64,000 nt of DNA from Octopus vulgaris. Its lineage: Eukaryota. The stretch lies in assembly GCA_951406725.2 (NCBI GenBank), contig OX597814.1, forward strand, positions 100,068,001 to 100,132,000. The letters are read 5' to 3'. Both the position numbers and the translations under genes were made by a program. The notes under the pieces were generated by a model. That model saw only the letters and a list, made by a program, of their open reading frames with translations. It searched no databases and was not told the origin of the DNA. Of this stretch, positions 1 to 15,596 are shown piece after piece. Each line of letters opens with the position of its first letter. The first letter of the stretch is position 1.

Positions 1-204
1 TACTGGAGTGCAGCTATGCTGAGGCACAGACTTGAAGAGTTTTAGTCGAATAAATCCATCCGGAGTGCTTTGCATATTTAAGCCTGGTTCTTATTTAATA
101 GATATTATGGCGTACCACTAGGTTATGATGATGTAAGCAAACCGACGCCAGCTCTCAAGTAAGTAAAAAACAGGATCACTCAGAGAAAAGCACACAAATA
201 AACA

Positions 205-239
<35 letters not shown>

Positions 240-290
240 ACACAAACATACTGACACATACGCGCGCGCGCAAATACTAATAAACTATTT

Positions 291-545
<255 letters not shown>

Positions 546-584
546 ATATACATATATATCTAAAAAGGAGTATTTTACGTTGAC

Positions 585-750
585 TCAGTCATGATTGTGA
601 CCATCGGCCTCACAATCATGAGGTAGCGAGTTCGATTCCCGAACCGGGCTGTGTGTTGTGTTCTTGAGTAAGACACTTCGTATTATGTTTTTCAACTTCA
701 CTCAACTACAGAAATAAATGAGATGCGACGTCACCAGTGCTAAGCTGTAT
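585..750 (+). mobile_element. tRNA-derived SINE family B, degenerate partial copy
   Basis: GTTCGATTCCC B-box followed by TTCTTGAGTAAGACACTT, similar to 25449-25700. Confidence 0.6.
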
Positions 751-872
751 CGCTCTTTGATATGTAAACGGTTTGAATGATCAGGCGACCAACACATATT
801 TAATCATTCATGCAGGTTCATGTAGAACTGTATCCAATGCACGCACGCACACACACACGACCGCCGTCGCCG

Positions 873-1030
873 CTGCTGTGTGATAAATAGCTTGCATACC
901 ATCCGCATGGTTTCGGGTTCAATCCCACTGCGCGGCACTTTGGGCAAGTGTCTTCTACTATAGCCTTAGGCAGACAAATGCCTTGTGAGTGGATTTGATA
1001 GACGGGAACTGAGAGAAACCCGTCGTATGT
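873..1030 (+). mobile_element. tRNA-derived SINE family A, 5' half ending at (TG)n
   Basis: GGTTCAATCCC B-box; TTGGGCAAGTGTCTTCTACTATAGCC...CCTTGTGAGTGGATTTG matches 24143-24305. Confidence 0.85.
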
Positions 1031-1062
1031 ATATGTGTGAGTGTGTATGTGTGTGTGTGTGA

Positions 1063-1161
<99 letters not shown>

Positions 1162-1426
1162 GAATGCTCGAAATGATGAGTTGACAAACAGCCGGCAACT
1201 GATGAAGGGTCTTTTCTCTGTGTTACATGTCCTGTTTTCCATTTTTTCTCATTCCTTACGTTGTTTAGTTATTTAAATTTTTCCTTTGTGTATTTCATGT
1301 TAGTTGCACCGTTGTTGACGCCCTGTACTCATATATGCATGCGTATGTATGTATATATATACATATACATATATACCTACATATATACATACATATATAT
1401 ATATATACACATATATGTATATATAT

Positions 1427-1477
<51 letters not shown>

Positions 1478-2430
1478 TACACATAGAGAGAGAGAGAGAA
1501 AAGAGAAAGAGATAATATACATGTACATACGTATGTTTGCATATATATATATATGTGTGTGTATATGTATATTTGTGTGTAAGTACATACACACACACAC
1601 GCACACACATATGTATGTGTGTGTTTGAGTGTGTGTGTGTCTCTGTGTATATACACACACCCACAGACACTGATTCTGTTCTCACGGGCACATCACACAT
1701 ACATCCCTTCACACACGCACATACACACACACGTACACACACACACACACATACACTTACTCATACACGTGCACATATACACACGGATTGTCTCACTATA
1801 GTACAGAATCAGCAAATTCTGTTTTCAGCTGATTTGTTGAGAAGATTATTTCGATCTCTAAAATCTCTCATATCTACATTTCGTCTAAATATATTATATC
1901 TCTTTCGTTTGTGGAGCTTTTCGTTCTTCTCGTTATTATTATCATTTCACGTGATGTCTCTTGCAATATTGATTATTATATTTATCATTCCTATATTCCT
2001 ATGAACACAGACAGCCATACATACATACATACATACATACATACATACATACATACATACATACATACATACATACATACATACATACATACATGCACAC
2101 ATACATGCATGCATACACATACATGCATGCATAAATACATGCATGCATACATACCATAGATGCACGTGTACATACGTTCATACATCCATACACACACGTA
2201 GTTATCTATATGTGTGTGCGTATGTGTGTGAGTGTGTGTATGTGTGTTTGTGCGTGTGTTTGTGTATACATTTATGCACATACGTATATGCACTCCCTTG
2301 CAAACGCATATATATATATATATATTTACTGTAATGTATATGTATTTATATTTATATAAATATAAATGTATAGGTGTATACATGTACGTACATCTGTATC
2401 TAAATTTCTTTCTTTCTCTCTCTCTCTCTC

Positions 2431-2479
<49 letters not shown>

Positions 2480-2521
2480 ATGTATATATGCATGCATACA
2501 CACATATATATACGTATATAT

Positions 2522-2610
<89 letters not shown>

Positions 2611-2666
2611 AACATATATATAGATATATGTGCAGGTATGTATACATATATAAACATATATGTGTG

Positions 2667-2713
<47 letters not shown>

Positions 2714-3938
2714 ACAAACATACATATCCTCATAAACTTGCATAAATGTATTTTATATGTCCATGAAGAAAATTAAATGCTAAAAACAAAAATACACTTT
2801 ATGTACACATAGATATGGGAACATACACGTCGAACGATAAAAATAACCTTTACGCTGTCGCTCAGTTTGCTAGAGATTAGCCTTATGCTGTATCGTATCG
2901 TATTAAATAAAAAATAACTGAATACATTGGATAACGATGTGCTTGTAATTATGCTTTCTACCTTGGAAACCAGATGAGATAATCATATTTGGAAAGCTTT
3001 TTATTAATTCTATTCATGCTCGATCAGATCAAAACTAAATCTATAAAACAGAAACAACGATATCAACGATGAACAACATTCATAGAAGCCGGGAGTAGGT
3101 ACCGTGATGTAACGTTTACGGCACTTTGCTAAATCGTGGTAAGCTAAGAGAGAAATGACAATATTCACGTGTAAATATATGCCGTTTATTTATTAGATGT
3201 AATAGTATGCTTACGTATACATACACATGCAAACACAGCTAAATATATACATAAATAAACAGGCACACTAATACAAATGCAGAAAATATGTTGGGCCATT
3301 AAAGAGGGAGGAAATATGGTACAGGATGATATGAAAGAGGAAAGAGGAAAGCCTTGAGTTGGTGTTGTTAGGTTAAGTAAAACGTGTATATTACATACAA
3401 CGAGAAGTGAGTGCATGGTGTTAATGAAAAAGAGACTTATATGGCAGCGGGCAATTGTAAAGAGTGAAAATTCTCCCGAACCATGGGTTAGGAAAGGTTA
3501 AGCAGCAAATTTAATATAATATAGAACAAGAGGAGGACAATAGAAAGCCATCCATGTAAATGATACGAGATGAAGTACCAACATTTGGACGGTCTAATAC
3601 TTATCTTTCAAGGATGCACTACTTCGAGGTGATTAGCTTGGAATTAATCTTTTAGAGGTATAGGAACAAATATGCATTGACACACACACACAGACACACA
3701 CACAGACACACACACACACACATGCACACAAACACACACACATGCAAATATAAGGACGCATATATTTTCCTGGTGTATATATATGTATATAAATATATAC
3801 ACACCCATATACATAGTCACACGAACTTATACATGCATACATACACACATATGATTATATCTGTATATACCAATTTATCTACGTAACACATACATACACA
3901 CACATTCAATCACACAAAAAATATGCACACGTTTGTGA

Positions 3939-3978
<40 letters not shown>

Positions 3979-4017
3979 GCATATATGTATGCACATATGT
4001 TTTTGTGTCTGTATGAG

Positions 4018-4054
<37 letters not shown>

Positions 4055-4055
4055 G

Positions 4056-4121
<66 letters not shown>

Positions 4122-4802
4122 CATACACACAAGCATATATGCGTGCATACACACATGTCGGCATACGTACACACCCATACACCTACGTAGCGCATGCGGT
4201 ATAACTTATTCGTAAATATATCTTATCTCGAGATTTGATCTGTGTGTATCACATAGAAAAGAGATATTTGTATCACAGTACACCCTTAACATTAAGCGTT
4301 GACAGAACCGAACAATGAACACAGCTACATGATTATTCTCATTCTTATCACTCGGCTGTTTAAGCTACCCGTTGGTTGGTTTGTTATCAACAACATTCTA
4401 ATAATATATAAGCACTTCGTATATCTGATGTATAAGGTTTAGTCAGATTTTAACTATAGATGAAAAGTAATAGTTTGGTGGTCTTTCTACTTCTACTATG
4501 TTACTTTCCGTGCTGGATTATTTTGCGATGGTGATCAGTGTTGTCGTTATCGGGCTTCTTTTTTGGCCATATTAACTAACTTTATTTATGTATTTATTTT
4601 TAAAAATAAAACAGATCATGTGAGAAGCAGGCGATAACTACACATACACACATATTCACTCACATTTATATATGTTCAAACATTCTTTCTTTCTTTCTCA
4701 CCACACTCACATAAACACCTGCGTGCGCATACGTATACATACACATTCATGTATGTGTGAATGTATGCACATACATACATATGCATACATACGCACACAC
4801 GT

Positions 4803-4835
<33 letters not shown>

Positions 4836-5789
4836 CACGCATACATATATATATCTGCATATACATTACATCTTTTAGTAACTGAACAGCGACTTTGCTT
4901 CCCACCCCGTCAGGAAATTATTAGTCCATCTAATTGAAACCAATACTCATTCTTCTGAAGTCTAACACCTTTTTCTACCGGCTTCCTTTGCCGTGCTACT
5001 TAGACGATGTGAACAAACCAACACCGGTCGTCAAGTGGTGGGAGGACAAACACACACATATGTATATATATATACATGCATATATGTTTGTCTGTATGTG
5101 TGTGAGCACATTTGTGTATGTACATATGCATTTAAATATTTATGTATAATCAATGTCTCATACTTAATGTATGTGTGTTATTAAACAAATTCAGGTTGCG
5201 GTATTTCGTTCAAGGAAGCTGCCTGTAAAGACAGAATTTTAAAAATACCGTATACTTCAAAGCTGGGCGAAACGAATAGCTCCTGAAGTGAGTGAGAACG
5301 ACAGATATAGATATTGCGCAGTTATTTCGGCTCATATACTCAATTCACTCTTGAAACGAATTTGAATCGCAGACTGCCACATTCGATAGTTAACCATGAT
5401 ATTATAAAAAATGAGAGGAATAATTTAACTCATACTTCACCAGGTACATTTTACGCAGGGAAAACTCTAGTGCGATTACGCAAGGCTTTTGAGGGGAAAG
5501 TTAATAATTTTCAGGTAGGAACTCAGTATGCTGAGTGAAAAATTTAGGTACCGTAGAAAAATTTTCGAACATGTCAGTATAAATTACAAGTTCGCAACCA
5601 ATTCACAAGCATTATACCGGGGACGAGGAAGAAAGTATAATCGTTAAAATAGCTCTGCTCAGGAAAATCTTTGTTGTTGTCATCTACAGTCTGAAACAAA
5701 AAGAACGATTTCGACTTAGAATGCATCGTAGCTAATTATCCTTAGTAAAGGATAATATATCAACGACGAAAGTAAAACAAAATTGAAAC

Positions 5790-6320
5790 ATTTACTATAG
5801 GCAAATACTTAATGAGAAAGTGCCGGGAAGTGGCTGAATACTTCGATACTGGTAAGAAAAGGCTAACTTTCTAAACAAGGTTGTTATTATGTGTATTTGG
5901 CTTGCTATAGCACTTGGATTTTATATTCAAGAATAAAACCACCACGTTTACACAGATTTATCGGCCCATTGCTTGCCTAATTTCTATGTACATGCTTTAC
6001 ACAAACTCACTTAACCAATTCGTCTAAGATCATATAGTGACTATGAGCGGCAAAAAAAAAAAGGGTGGGGATGTGCTGGACAACTTTTGATAAACAATTC
6101 TGTGCTACCCAACATAAGATAATTCAATAGAAATCTTATGACAGTATGGCTTGATTAAAGGAAAGCATTAAACTCTATCCCACACAGTATCTATCCCCAC
6201 GGAGTAGAATTCTCTGTGCTTGGCAAAATAACCTGCTACTTTATTCTACACCCTGGAACAATCCTGGCACTTACATCTAAAAGATGGACGATCGTCTCCG
6301 ATCTTATATATATTCCATAT
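5790..6320 (+). pseudogene. Decayed R4/Dong-clade reverse transcriptase fragment
   Basis: Manual translation: YRPIACL (from 5959) ... GWGCAGQLLINN ... NLMTVWLD*RKALNSIPHS, with stops and frameshifts. Confidence 0.7.
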
Positions 6321-6834
6321 TATTTTGTAATCTATGAATGTATATTAATATATATGTGACACAGGTTCGATGAAAAAAACCCTGAGATGCATGTGAACGG
6401 CTATGTCTTTCTTGAATTAATCAGTTCAACTTAGGGATGGCTTTAGTTTTCATCATTCGGGGAATGGATAGAAAAATACCAGTCAAAAATTGGGAATCGA
6501 TTTGATCAAATACACGTCCTCTAGGGAATTTGTGGCATCGTGTTTAAATGGGAAATTATTATTTAAAAAGAAACGAGTGTATGAGTTTAAGATCATCATT
6601 AACATAAGGTTTATTGTCATAATTATTAGAAAGTCGGATGAAATACCGTACGACGATAGATTCTGAGTTCAAATTTCCACTGTAGTTATCCTTTGCTTTC
6701 ATCATTCCAATGTTAATCACATAATGCGTCAACCAAGTAATAGCTATTTAGTCAACTAATGTCCTTATCGAAATTTTCAGGCCATGCTACAACGATAAAA
6801 ACAATAACTGAAAATACTATTTTCACCTTCTTTC

Positions 6835-7265
6835 TATTATAGGCATCAGTTCTGAAATTTGATGGGGAGAGGTGAATCAATTATTTCGACCCAAGTACTC
6901 AACTTGTACTTCTTTCATCGACTCCGAAAGCGTGAAAGGCCAAGTAGACGTCAGCGGAATTTGATCTCAGGACGTAGAGCTGAAGAAATACCGCCAAGCA
7001 TTATGTCCGAAGTGATAACGATTCTGCGATTTCGCCACATATCTTTCAAATAATATTGGTGTCAAATTTTGGCACAATTTCCGAAGAGGGGGGTTACGTC
7101 GATTACATTGACCCCCAGTGCACAACTGGTATTTATTTTATCAACTCCGAAAGGATGAAAGGCAAAGTTGACCTTCGCGGAATTTGAACTCAGAACGTAA
7201 ATACATACGGAATACCGCTGAGCATTTGGCCTGGAGCGCTAACGATTCTGCCAGCATTCCGCCTT
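6835..7265 (-). mobile_element. Two tandem copies of SINE family C (MetaSINE-like central domain)
   Basis: Each carries a variant of CGAAAGGATGAAAGGCAAAGTTGACC...GGAATTTGAACTCAG; similar to 23018-23207. Confidence 0.8.
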
Positions 7266-7967
7266 ATCTTTCATCTAATACTGAAAACTTGTGTACGACA
7301 TTTTCCCCATTATATTCCGTTCTGTTATTCTTTTTTGGCTCTGCTGCTGCTGTTCTTGCTGCTACTAATAATACTGCCGCTGCTACTCTTATTGTTGGTT
7401 TTTGTTCTAGACTTCTTTCCTTTGTCAGCTGAACTGGTCCTTTTAACATTAATCTGGCCGACAATATTAATTTCCTCCCATGCTCTTATCAGATGGCCGA
7501 ACTTTGCAACTAGAGTTTTAACGCATAAGGTCGAGTGCCGAACAGAAATAAAGACACAGGCCGGAAATGCAAAAAGGAACACTGTTAGGCTTTATCGATT
7601 GATAGAAGTTTTTCGACTTGCTCCTGCAATCTCGAAAAATATCTTCTTATGATAAAGTTTCCTCTCTCTTTGTTCACTGCTTGTCGTTGCCTTTTCTCCT
7701 TATACTTCCTGTCTGCAGCCTTGCTCTCCATTTTATCACTGTGTACCATTCTTTTTTGTCATTATCTCTTTCCCACATATTTTATCGAGTTTCTTTTTTT
7801 CTAATTATTCGCAGATCAGAAACTCATAGTAAATGCCAGTTCTCTAAGTCTTTAAAAAACAATGTATCAAGTGAAAATAGCCACGTGTCGATTAACGATG
7901 ATAACTATATATGTATATATATATATATGTGTGTGCGTGTGTGTGTGTATGTGTGTGTGTATGTATG

Positions 7968-8005
<38 letters not shown>

Positions 8006-8009
8006 CATA

Positions 8010-8198
<189 letters not shown>

Positions 8199-8289
8199 CA
8201 TTGGAACACTTATAAAATATGTGTTTGCAATATGTAAATATATGTGTGTATTTAATATGTATATATATATGTAGGTATATGCATACATA

Positions 8290-9320
8290 TATTGTCAAAG
8301 CTCGATTCTCCAGCGTTCAACACTTCATCTCCTGATGACTTAACAGCCATTGCCGTTTGTTTTTACTGTTTTGTTCTTACTGTCTTGTTGTTGTCACCAC
8401 CTTAACACCCTTCAAATCCCAAATTATATTTAATTTGCTTTACGAGAACGACTGTGTTAACGAAGTCGCTTCTTGTCCCAACGTGCCAAACGCTGAGTAG
8501 ATAAAACGGAGGACAACTGATGAAGGGATTGTTCTTTTTGCTGCCTGCCTCGTTTCTCTATTTGTTTCTTTCGTTCTTAAAAAAAAAGTTCGTTTTCCAT
8601 CTTTTTGCATTTTATGTTCTCGTTTTTCATTTCGTTCACGTTATTTTGACGTCCTGTACCCATATGTGTATGTATACATATATATGTAGGTGTGTACATA
8701 TATGTATGTATATATGCATATATATATTGTTTATATTATAATATGATCGAACGCCACGCATCCATTTCCAAGTAAGTTTTATCTTAATTCTGATGCGTGC
8801 TCTACAACTTTCTCTTTTCTCCCTCTATTATTCTTCTTTCTTTCTGTCTTTCTTCTCCTCCCATTCACCGTTCTCTTTCTCTCCTTGTGTGTCCCTCACT
8901 CTACCTCATTGACTGTCTCGTTGCTCACACGTAACCAGCGGCTATCTTTCTATCTTTCTTCCTCTTGATTTACAAGAGACAAGACACACTTTTACCTATC
9001 TCCTGTCAAACCTCGTTTTACCAACGTTCACCGCTACACCTTGTGATGGCTAAACAACCCTTACCGTTTGTTTTTACTGTTTTTTTCTTATTATCCTGTT
9101 TTTGTTACCACTTTAACTCTCCGTAAACCCCAAATTTTATTTAATTTGCTTTGCAGGAACGACTGTTTTAACGAAGTTGCGTCTTGTCCCAACTGATGAT
9201 AAGATTGTTCTTTATGTTGCCTGTCTAAGTTCTCTATTTGCTTCTTTCGTTGTTCAAAAAAGTTCGTTTTCTATGTTTTTGTCTTTTATGTTCCCGTTTT
9301 ATGACGTCCGGCACCCATAT
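8290..9320 (+). repeat. Partial direct repeats (8290-8660 and ~9010-9315) of a dispersed element; related pieces at 1160-1330 and 31590-31715(-); possible Penelope-like terminal repeats
   Basis: Shared CCGTTTGTTTTTACTG, TTTAATTTGCTTT, GAACGACTGT, CTTGTCCCAAC and AACTGATGA blocks. Confidence 0.7.
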
Positions 9321-9377
9321 ATGCATGTATATATACATATATATGCAGGTATGTATATATATATATATATGTATATA

Positions 9378-9464
<87 letters not shown>

Positions 9465-9977
9465 GGAGCCTATTGAATGAATAGTTGTATATTTCACGTA
9501 TTTGTGTTATGCGCTGCTACTAAAATCAAAATATTTCTGATTCAAAAACCACCAATGTGTTCGATTCAAATACAAATATGATGTATACTTTGGTTTCGCT
9601 TGGTGTATTAAATCGAAACGCAAATAAACTTTTTAAAAAGTGAAGGAAAAGATATCACTCAAGATATGTTAATCACTACAGATATGTAAATATACTTATA
9701 CTTACGCATATACAAATATCTACTGTATATGTGTAACTGATTGAATGCTTCTATGTTCGAGAACGTGTATGTATTTGCCGTTGCGTATGTATATGATATA
9801 TGAGGATATGAGTATGTGTATGCATTTGTGTGTATATAGGGGATGCAGGCAAAGAATTGTGGCTAAGAAAGTTGTCATGTAGTCTATTGGCTTTGCTTGT
9901 AGTGTCCTCGTGCAGCAGCTTTTGTAAGTATATTATTCTAAACCCGGTATTCTGTGAAAGTGCAAAGTTCTGAGGAG

Positions 9978-10054
<77 letters not shown>

Positions 10055-10064
10055 GTGTATGTGT

Positions 10065-10275
10065 GTTTGATTAATGAGAGAGATGGAAGTGGCAAGACGC
10101 GAGGAAGTTTATTGATCACTATAATTGTCTCGACTTATCCAGAATCGATCTCTCATGGGTGGGAAACTGAACAGCTAGTATTTTAGGCGTATTCGTCGGT
10201 GTAGATGTGTCTTCTCAGGTGATTGGAAGATGCACACCGTTAAAATAAGGTTTGTTCTGCATGATTTCTTCTCGG
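10065..10275 (-). mobile_element. Penelope-like 3' end with degenerate hammerhead (10115-10223)
   Basis: Minus strand: ORF end REEIMQNKPYFNGVHLPIT* (resembles GIY-YIG C-terminal KPxLN), then ATCAC|CTGAGAA|GAC..~75 nt..GTC|GAGAC AATTAT A|GTGAT. Confidence 0.5.
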
Positions 10276-11040
10276 TATATGTATACAAAAGCAACAAATT
10301 AAGGGATCCAACTTCATTATAATAGAAGATCAGAAACAAATATCATAGGCAAAAAGAAACAAATAAGCAATATTACGAAAATGTATTAGATATAACTGTA
10401 TATATCATATACATAAATGGTAATTTCTGTCTGTCGATTTGTCTGTTATCATCTTGCTGCCTACACCAGTGAACTAATCTTGACGAAACTTTGCATACAT
10501 ATTAAACTAACATCCAATTCAATTATAGAGATTGGATAAAATGAGAAGGGTACAAGAGTGCTAGTGTGAGAGAAAGATGGCGGCATAGTGAGTATGGCTG
10601 ATATCAAGGAAGGGGAAAACAATGTTGTGTAAGGGACAAATATGGAGTGTCAGTGGGATGATACCGTTAATACAGCTGTCATTCACAGATATACACGCGA
10701 CGTTGCATAAATGCTTTCGTAAATACATAGATACATACATAAATACACACACATACTACAAGCAGGCATGTACATACGCATAACTAACTTTTAAAACGCC
10801 TACGAAGAGAAAGAAAGGTGGGTGTGAGAAATGCGTAGCTTTAAGTTGAGAGGGGGTAGGTGGATTTTCTGCTCTCTATCGCAAACACTCACAAGCAGAC
10901 ACACACATACATATATATCAATACATATGTACATACATACATATGTTTATTATACACGATTTTAAACTCGTGATTACTTGAGGGCACGTTTCTAAACGTG
11001 TGTGTATGTGTTTCAGTGTTTGTGTGTGCTTATGTGCATT

Positions 11041-11074
<34 letters not shown>

Positions 11075-11076
<2 letters not shown>

Positions 11077-11618
11077 AAATGTCCTATAGCTGTTTGTCTC
11101 TCTACTTTTGTAGGGTCTTACCTGTTGCTGTCATGTAGTATGAAATTTTAAAATTACCTCAAAATTTTCAAATTTGCTATATTGAAATAATTTTCCACGT
11201 TGATTTTGTTGTTTATTCCTTTCAGAAGAATTGTAGAAATATGTTACTGAGGTTTAAATTTCAACCAATTTTGCATAATCAGAAAACAGGATTTGGAGCA
11301 TTTTCTGCATGATAGCTGTTTTTCACCAAATGAAAGCAAAACCATTACAAGGACGAATTTTTATTAAACAAAAGTTGTAGGAACGTATGAAGTTTTAATA
11401 AGTTTTAATGAATAAAATTATATGAAACGTTCGAACAGGCATGTAAATAATTTAAAAAGAAAAAATCGTCAACGAAACTTTTTTACGAAAAATTGCACAA
11501 ATATATCCTGATCAAGAAGCTTATCTGTCGACGGACGCATGATCTGACATGGAATAAACAAAAATTTATATGGCATTTTATTTTAAAATTTCCCGGCAAG
11601 AACGGACAATTCAGTTAG
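11075..11618 (+). mobile_element. Probable non-autonomous Helitron remnant
   Basis: 3' end TCCCGGCAAGAACGGACAATTCAGTTAG|T resembles the hairpin+CTAG end of 36577-36956; 5' boundary uncertain. Confidence 0.35.
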
Positions 11619-11680
<62 letters not shown>

Positions 11681-11692
11681 AGCAAAATGCCC

Positions 11693-11825
11693 CCTGTCCA
11701 ATGGACGGTGCTGAGTTGTCAAACATTTAAACCAAATTTTCTCAAAAGAACTAGTCCGACCGTCCCATAGGCCTCCCCTTTAAGATACACTGATTTAACC
11801 TAAATTTGAGACACCAGCAAAAGAA
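11693..11825 (-). repeat. Dispersed repeat; inverted homologue of 58888-59016
   Basis: GTCCGACCGTCCCATAGGCCTCCCCTTT and TTTAACCTAAATTTGAGACACCAGCAAAAGA are reverse complements of blocks in 58888-59016. Confidence 0.85.
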
Positions 11826-12188
11826 GAAATAAAGATAGACTATTTTTCTATTCCAAAGAAAAAACGATTTTATTCACACGAATGAGCAAAACAGAAGAAC
11901 AATCCATCCGTATAGTGGGAACACGTCTATTCGCCAACTACTAAAGAGATGCACGACCCATCGTACTTCCTAGAGTATACCAAACATGTGTGATCTACAC
12001 AACGTGAGATTTGGACCAGCCCCTTGGCGTTAATTACTCGTAGCGGTGGAATTTCTGTGTGCACAGCCTAAATATTGCACTAGATTACTTCAATACCCGG
12101 TATATTGATACGACTAAATGTGGTACTTACAAGTTAAATCAACTCAAAATAGTGAATACCATTTCAGTACTCGATTCTCCCCAGAATC

Positions 12189-12230
<42 letters not shown>

Positions 12231-13364
12231 GTTGGGCGTCTTTCAGTTTCGTCTGCCAAACCCACTTACGAGGTTTTAGCCGGTCCGAGCCTACACTAGA
12301 AGCTGTGAGTGCGTGGATCTGTCTACGTGTATGATAGAGAAGACATATTTACTCGTGTCTGGAGTGCATATGCGATATGTCGTACGAGTGTTCAACGAAT
12401 TGAAAGAAGAGTAGCTGCATTCACAGAGATCTTAGAGTGATCAACAAAATGTTTAGTTAAGGTGCATGGAAATTTATTAAATAAAATAAGATATAATTAT
12501 TAAACCATAAAAAACATTTAGAATATGGTCGTTCTTAGAGGGTGGTGAGGAAGATGAAGAAAATGGTGATGATGAAGAGATGGATGTGGATGCTGGAGGA
12601 GGAGAGGAGAAGGATGAGACGGAGAAGAAGCAGCAGCAGAGGAAGAAGAAGGAGAAGAAGGAGGAGGAGGGAGAAGGAGGGAGAAGGAGGAGAAGGAGGA
12701 GAGGCTTATCGGGATGGTGGCTGTAGTGGTGTGGTTTTGGTGGTGGTGGTGGTGGTGGTGGTGGTGGTGGTGGTGGTGGTGGTTGAGGTGGTGGTGGTGA
12801 TGATGATGATGATTATAATGGTGACGATGTTTGCTTTGATGGTTTTGATAGTAGTTTTGATAGATGATGATGACTAAGTCTAATCAAATGGAACAGAGAT
12901 CTTTAAAAGCAGTAGATTCTCTTTTACTAGTGGCTCAAGCCACATATTCTCCTACTTCGATTTCGATCTCGACACTACAAGATCAAGGAGGTAAAAATGG
13001 CCATATGACTTATATGTGAGAGAACCGTGTTTGTTTATACGGGGAATGATAGTGGAACGAAAGAAGAAGAAATAGAAAAAAAAAAGAAGAGAAATGAAAC
13101 TGCTAGCATCAGATTATGGAAGAAATCGCTTTGGTCGCAAAGTGAACGAAAGGTTAGGACGAAAGGTTAGAAAACAGAATAGAGAGGTACACAGGAAAGA
13201 CGAGAGAGGAACTCACGAAGAGAGATGGGAGGGAGAGGGGTGATATATATATGTATATATATATATAGAGAGAGAGAGAGATAGAGAGAGAGGGGGAAAT
13301 AGAGAGAGAGAGTCTGATCAGTAAATAGAACGATGGACAGATGATAAGCAGACAGAGAAACAAA

Positions 13365-13655
<291 letters not shown>

Positions 13656-14781
13656 GAGAATGGAAAGTTAACTTTGGCAGATCGTTTAGAGACTTGATAT
13701 ATAGTAAAAAGAAATCGAAAAACATGAGAGAACGAGAGAAATAGAAAGCGAGAGAGGGGGAGAGAAAGAACTGTGGAAGTGATGAACAGGAATAATATAA
13801 TGAATGATTGAGTGAAGTGGATAAAGGAAAGATGGAATGGTGGTTAAGACGAAATGGAAAAGTCGGAGAAAGAAAAAGGCGAGATTAGAGTAAAAGATAT
13901 AAAGAAAGGCGATGATAACAGAAAAAGTACACACAAAACAAGACAAAACAAAAAACAAAGAAAGAAAGACATAAAAAAGTGATCCTAAGAGAGAAGGGTG
14001 GAAATAGGAGGGGAAAATATGATAAACAACTAAAAGAGAGAAAAAAGAAAGGAACTATAATAAAATGGACGACGTAGTTCTTAGAAGAGAAATGAAGAAG
14101 ATAAAAAAAAGAGATCTGATTTTCAGGAGATTTGCTGAATTTATTTAACGAGTCATTTGAGCCTTATCAACTTTGCTTCCGCCCGGGTCAGTTGTTCGTG
14201 CCAAGATGGCGCTTGTCATTGAACATAGATCGGCTTCGTTAGATGACATTAGAGAAACTATTATTTAACGGCCATTTTCCCCGCCATCCTTCTCCATTTA
14301 TATTTTGTTATTTTTGGTCCTATTTTGGCTCGTATTTTTTGTTTTGCTCATTTTATTTTTTCGTTACTTGTTTTATATGTTTTTAATGCTTTTTGTTTTG
14401 CTTTGTTTTTTTTTGTTGTATTTATTTGGCCTTAAACGGAAATCAGACACACTCAGACGTGGCAACAACTATCTCCAGAAATTCTCACTATTGTTGCATT
14501 TATCGCCGTTATCAACCAACTTCTTTTCCTTATTTTCAGATGCCTCTGTGTTTTGGTATTATTGTTGTTGTTCGATTTTGTTGTTCTGTAGCTTTACTAT
14601 ATTTTTCTCCTTATTCATCTGTTCTTAGTGGTTTCTAAATGTGTCATTCTGTGTCTCTCTGGGTCTGTTTGTATGTGTGCTTACGTGTATGTATGTGCGT
14701 GTTTGAGAATGAGTACATGTATGATTGTGTATCTAAGCGCGCACGCACATACAAACACATACACATACACGTGTAAACATG

Positions 14782-14841
<60 letters not shown>

Positions 14842-15469
14842 CATATATATACATAAGGTGGGCGTATCTGTGTATCTCTGTGCGTGTACATGCGAGTGTG
14901 TGTGGATGTGCATTTGCGTGCGTGTACATTTTGATATATGTGTGTGTGTGTTTATTTCCTGCGATTCGATGACGAGTCATCATGGTCGAACTGGTTAATA
15001 TGTAGAATTAATATCAATAATGTTGAAGGTCGATAAAGATAGGTTAAGTGTAATAGATTCATGTCTGCTTTTAATTTTTTCCTCTAATTTTTCATATTTC
15101 AGTAATAAGTAACCTTCTACAGGTTATGTGTTATATATATAAAATATTTCTTAACGATACACATGTTTGTCTTCCTTTCCTTCTAATATATATATACGTG
15201 TGTGTGTGTGTACATATACAGATATTTATATAAATACTCATATACATATGTATATATGTGTGTGAATGTGTTTGTGTGTTTATATCAATGTGTATACCTT
15301 TGCCTATATATAGTAGTATATACATACATTTGTATTTATAAAACATATATCTATACATACATATACATATAAATATATGTATATATGTATTTATATAATT
15401 AAGTATACATTTATATATATATATCTTTATACATATATATACATATATACATTTATATATATATAAAAT

Positions 15470-15502
<33 letters not shown>

Positions 15503-15514
15503 GTATATAGATAC

Positions 15515-15596
<82 letters not shown>

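Noticed and set aside
12542-12877. Arg/Glu/Val-rich ORF resembling a membrane protein
   Set aside because: Composed of GAG/GAA/GGT/GAT trinucleotide repeats
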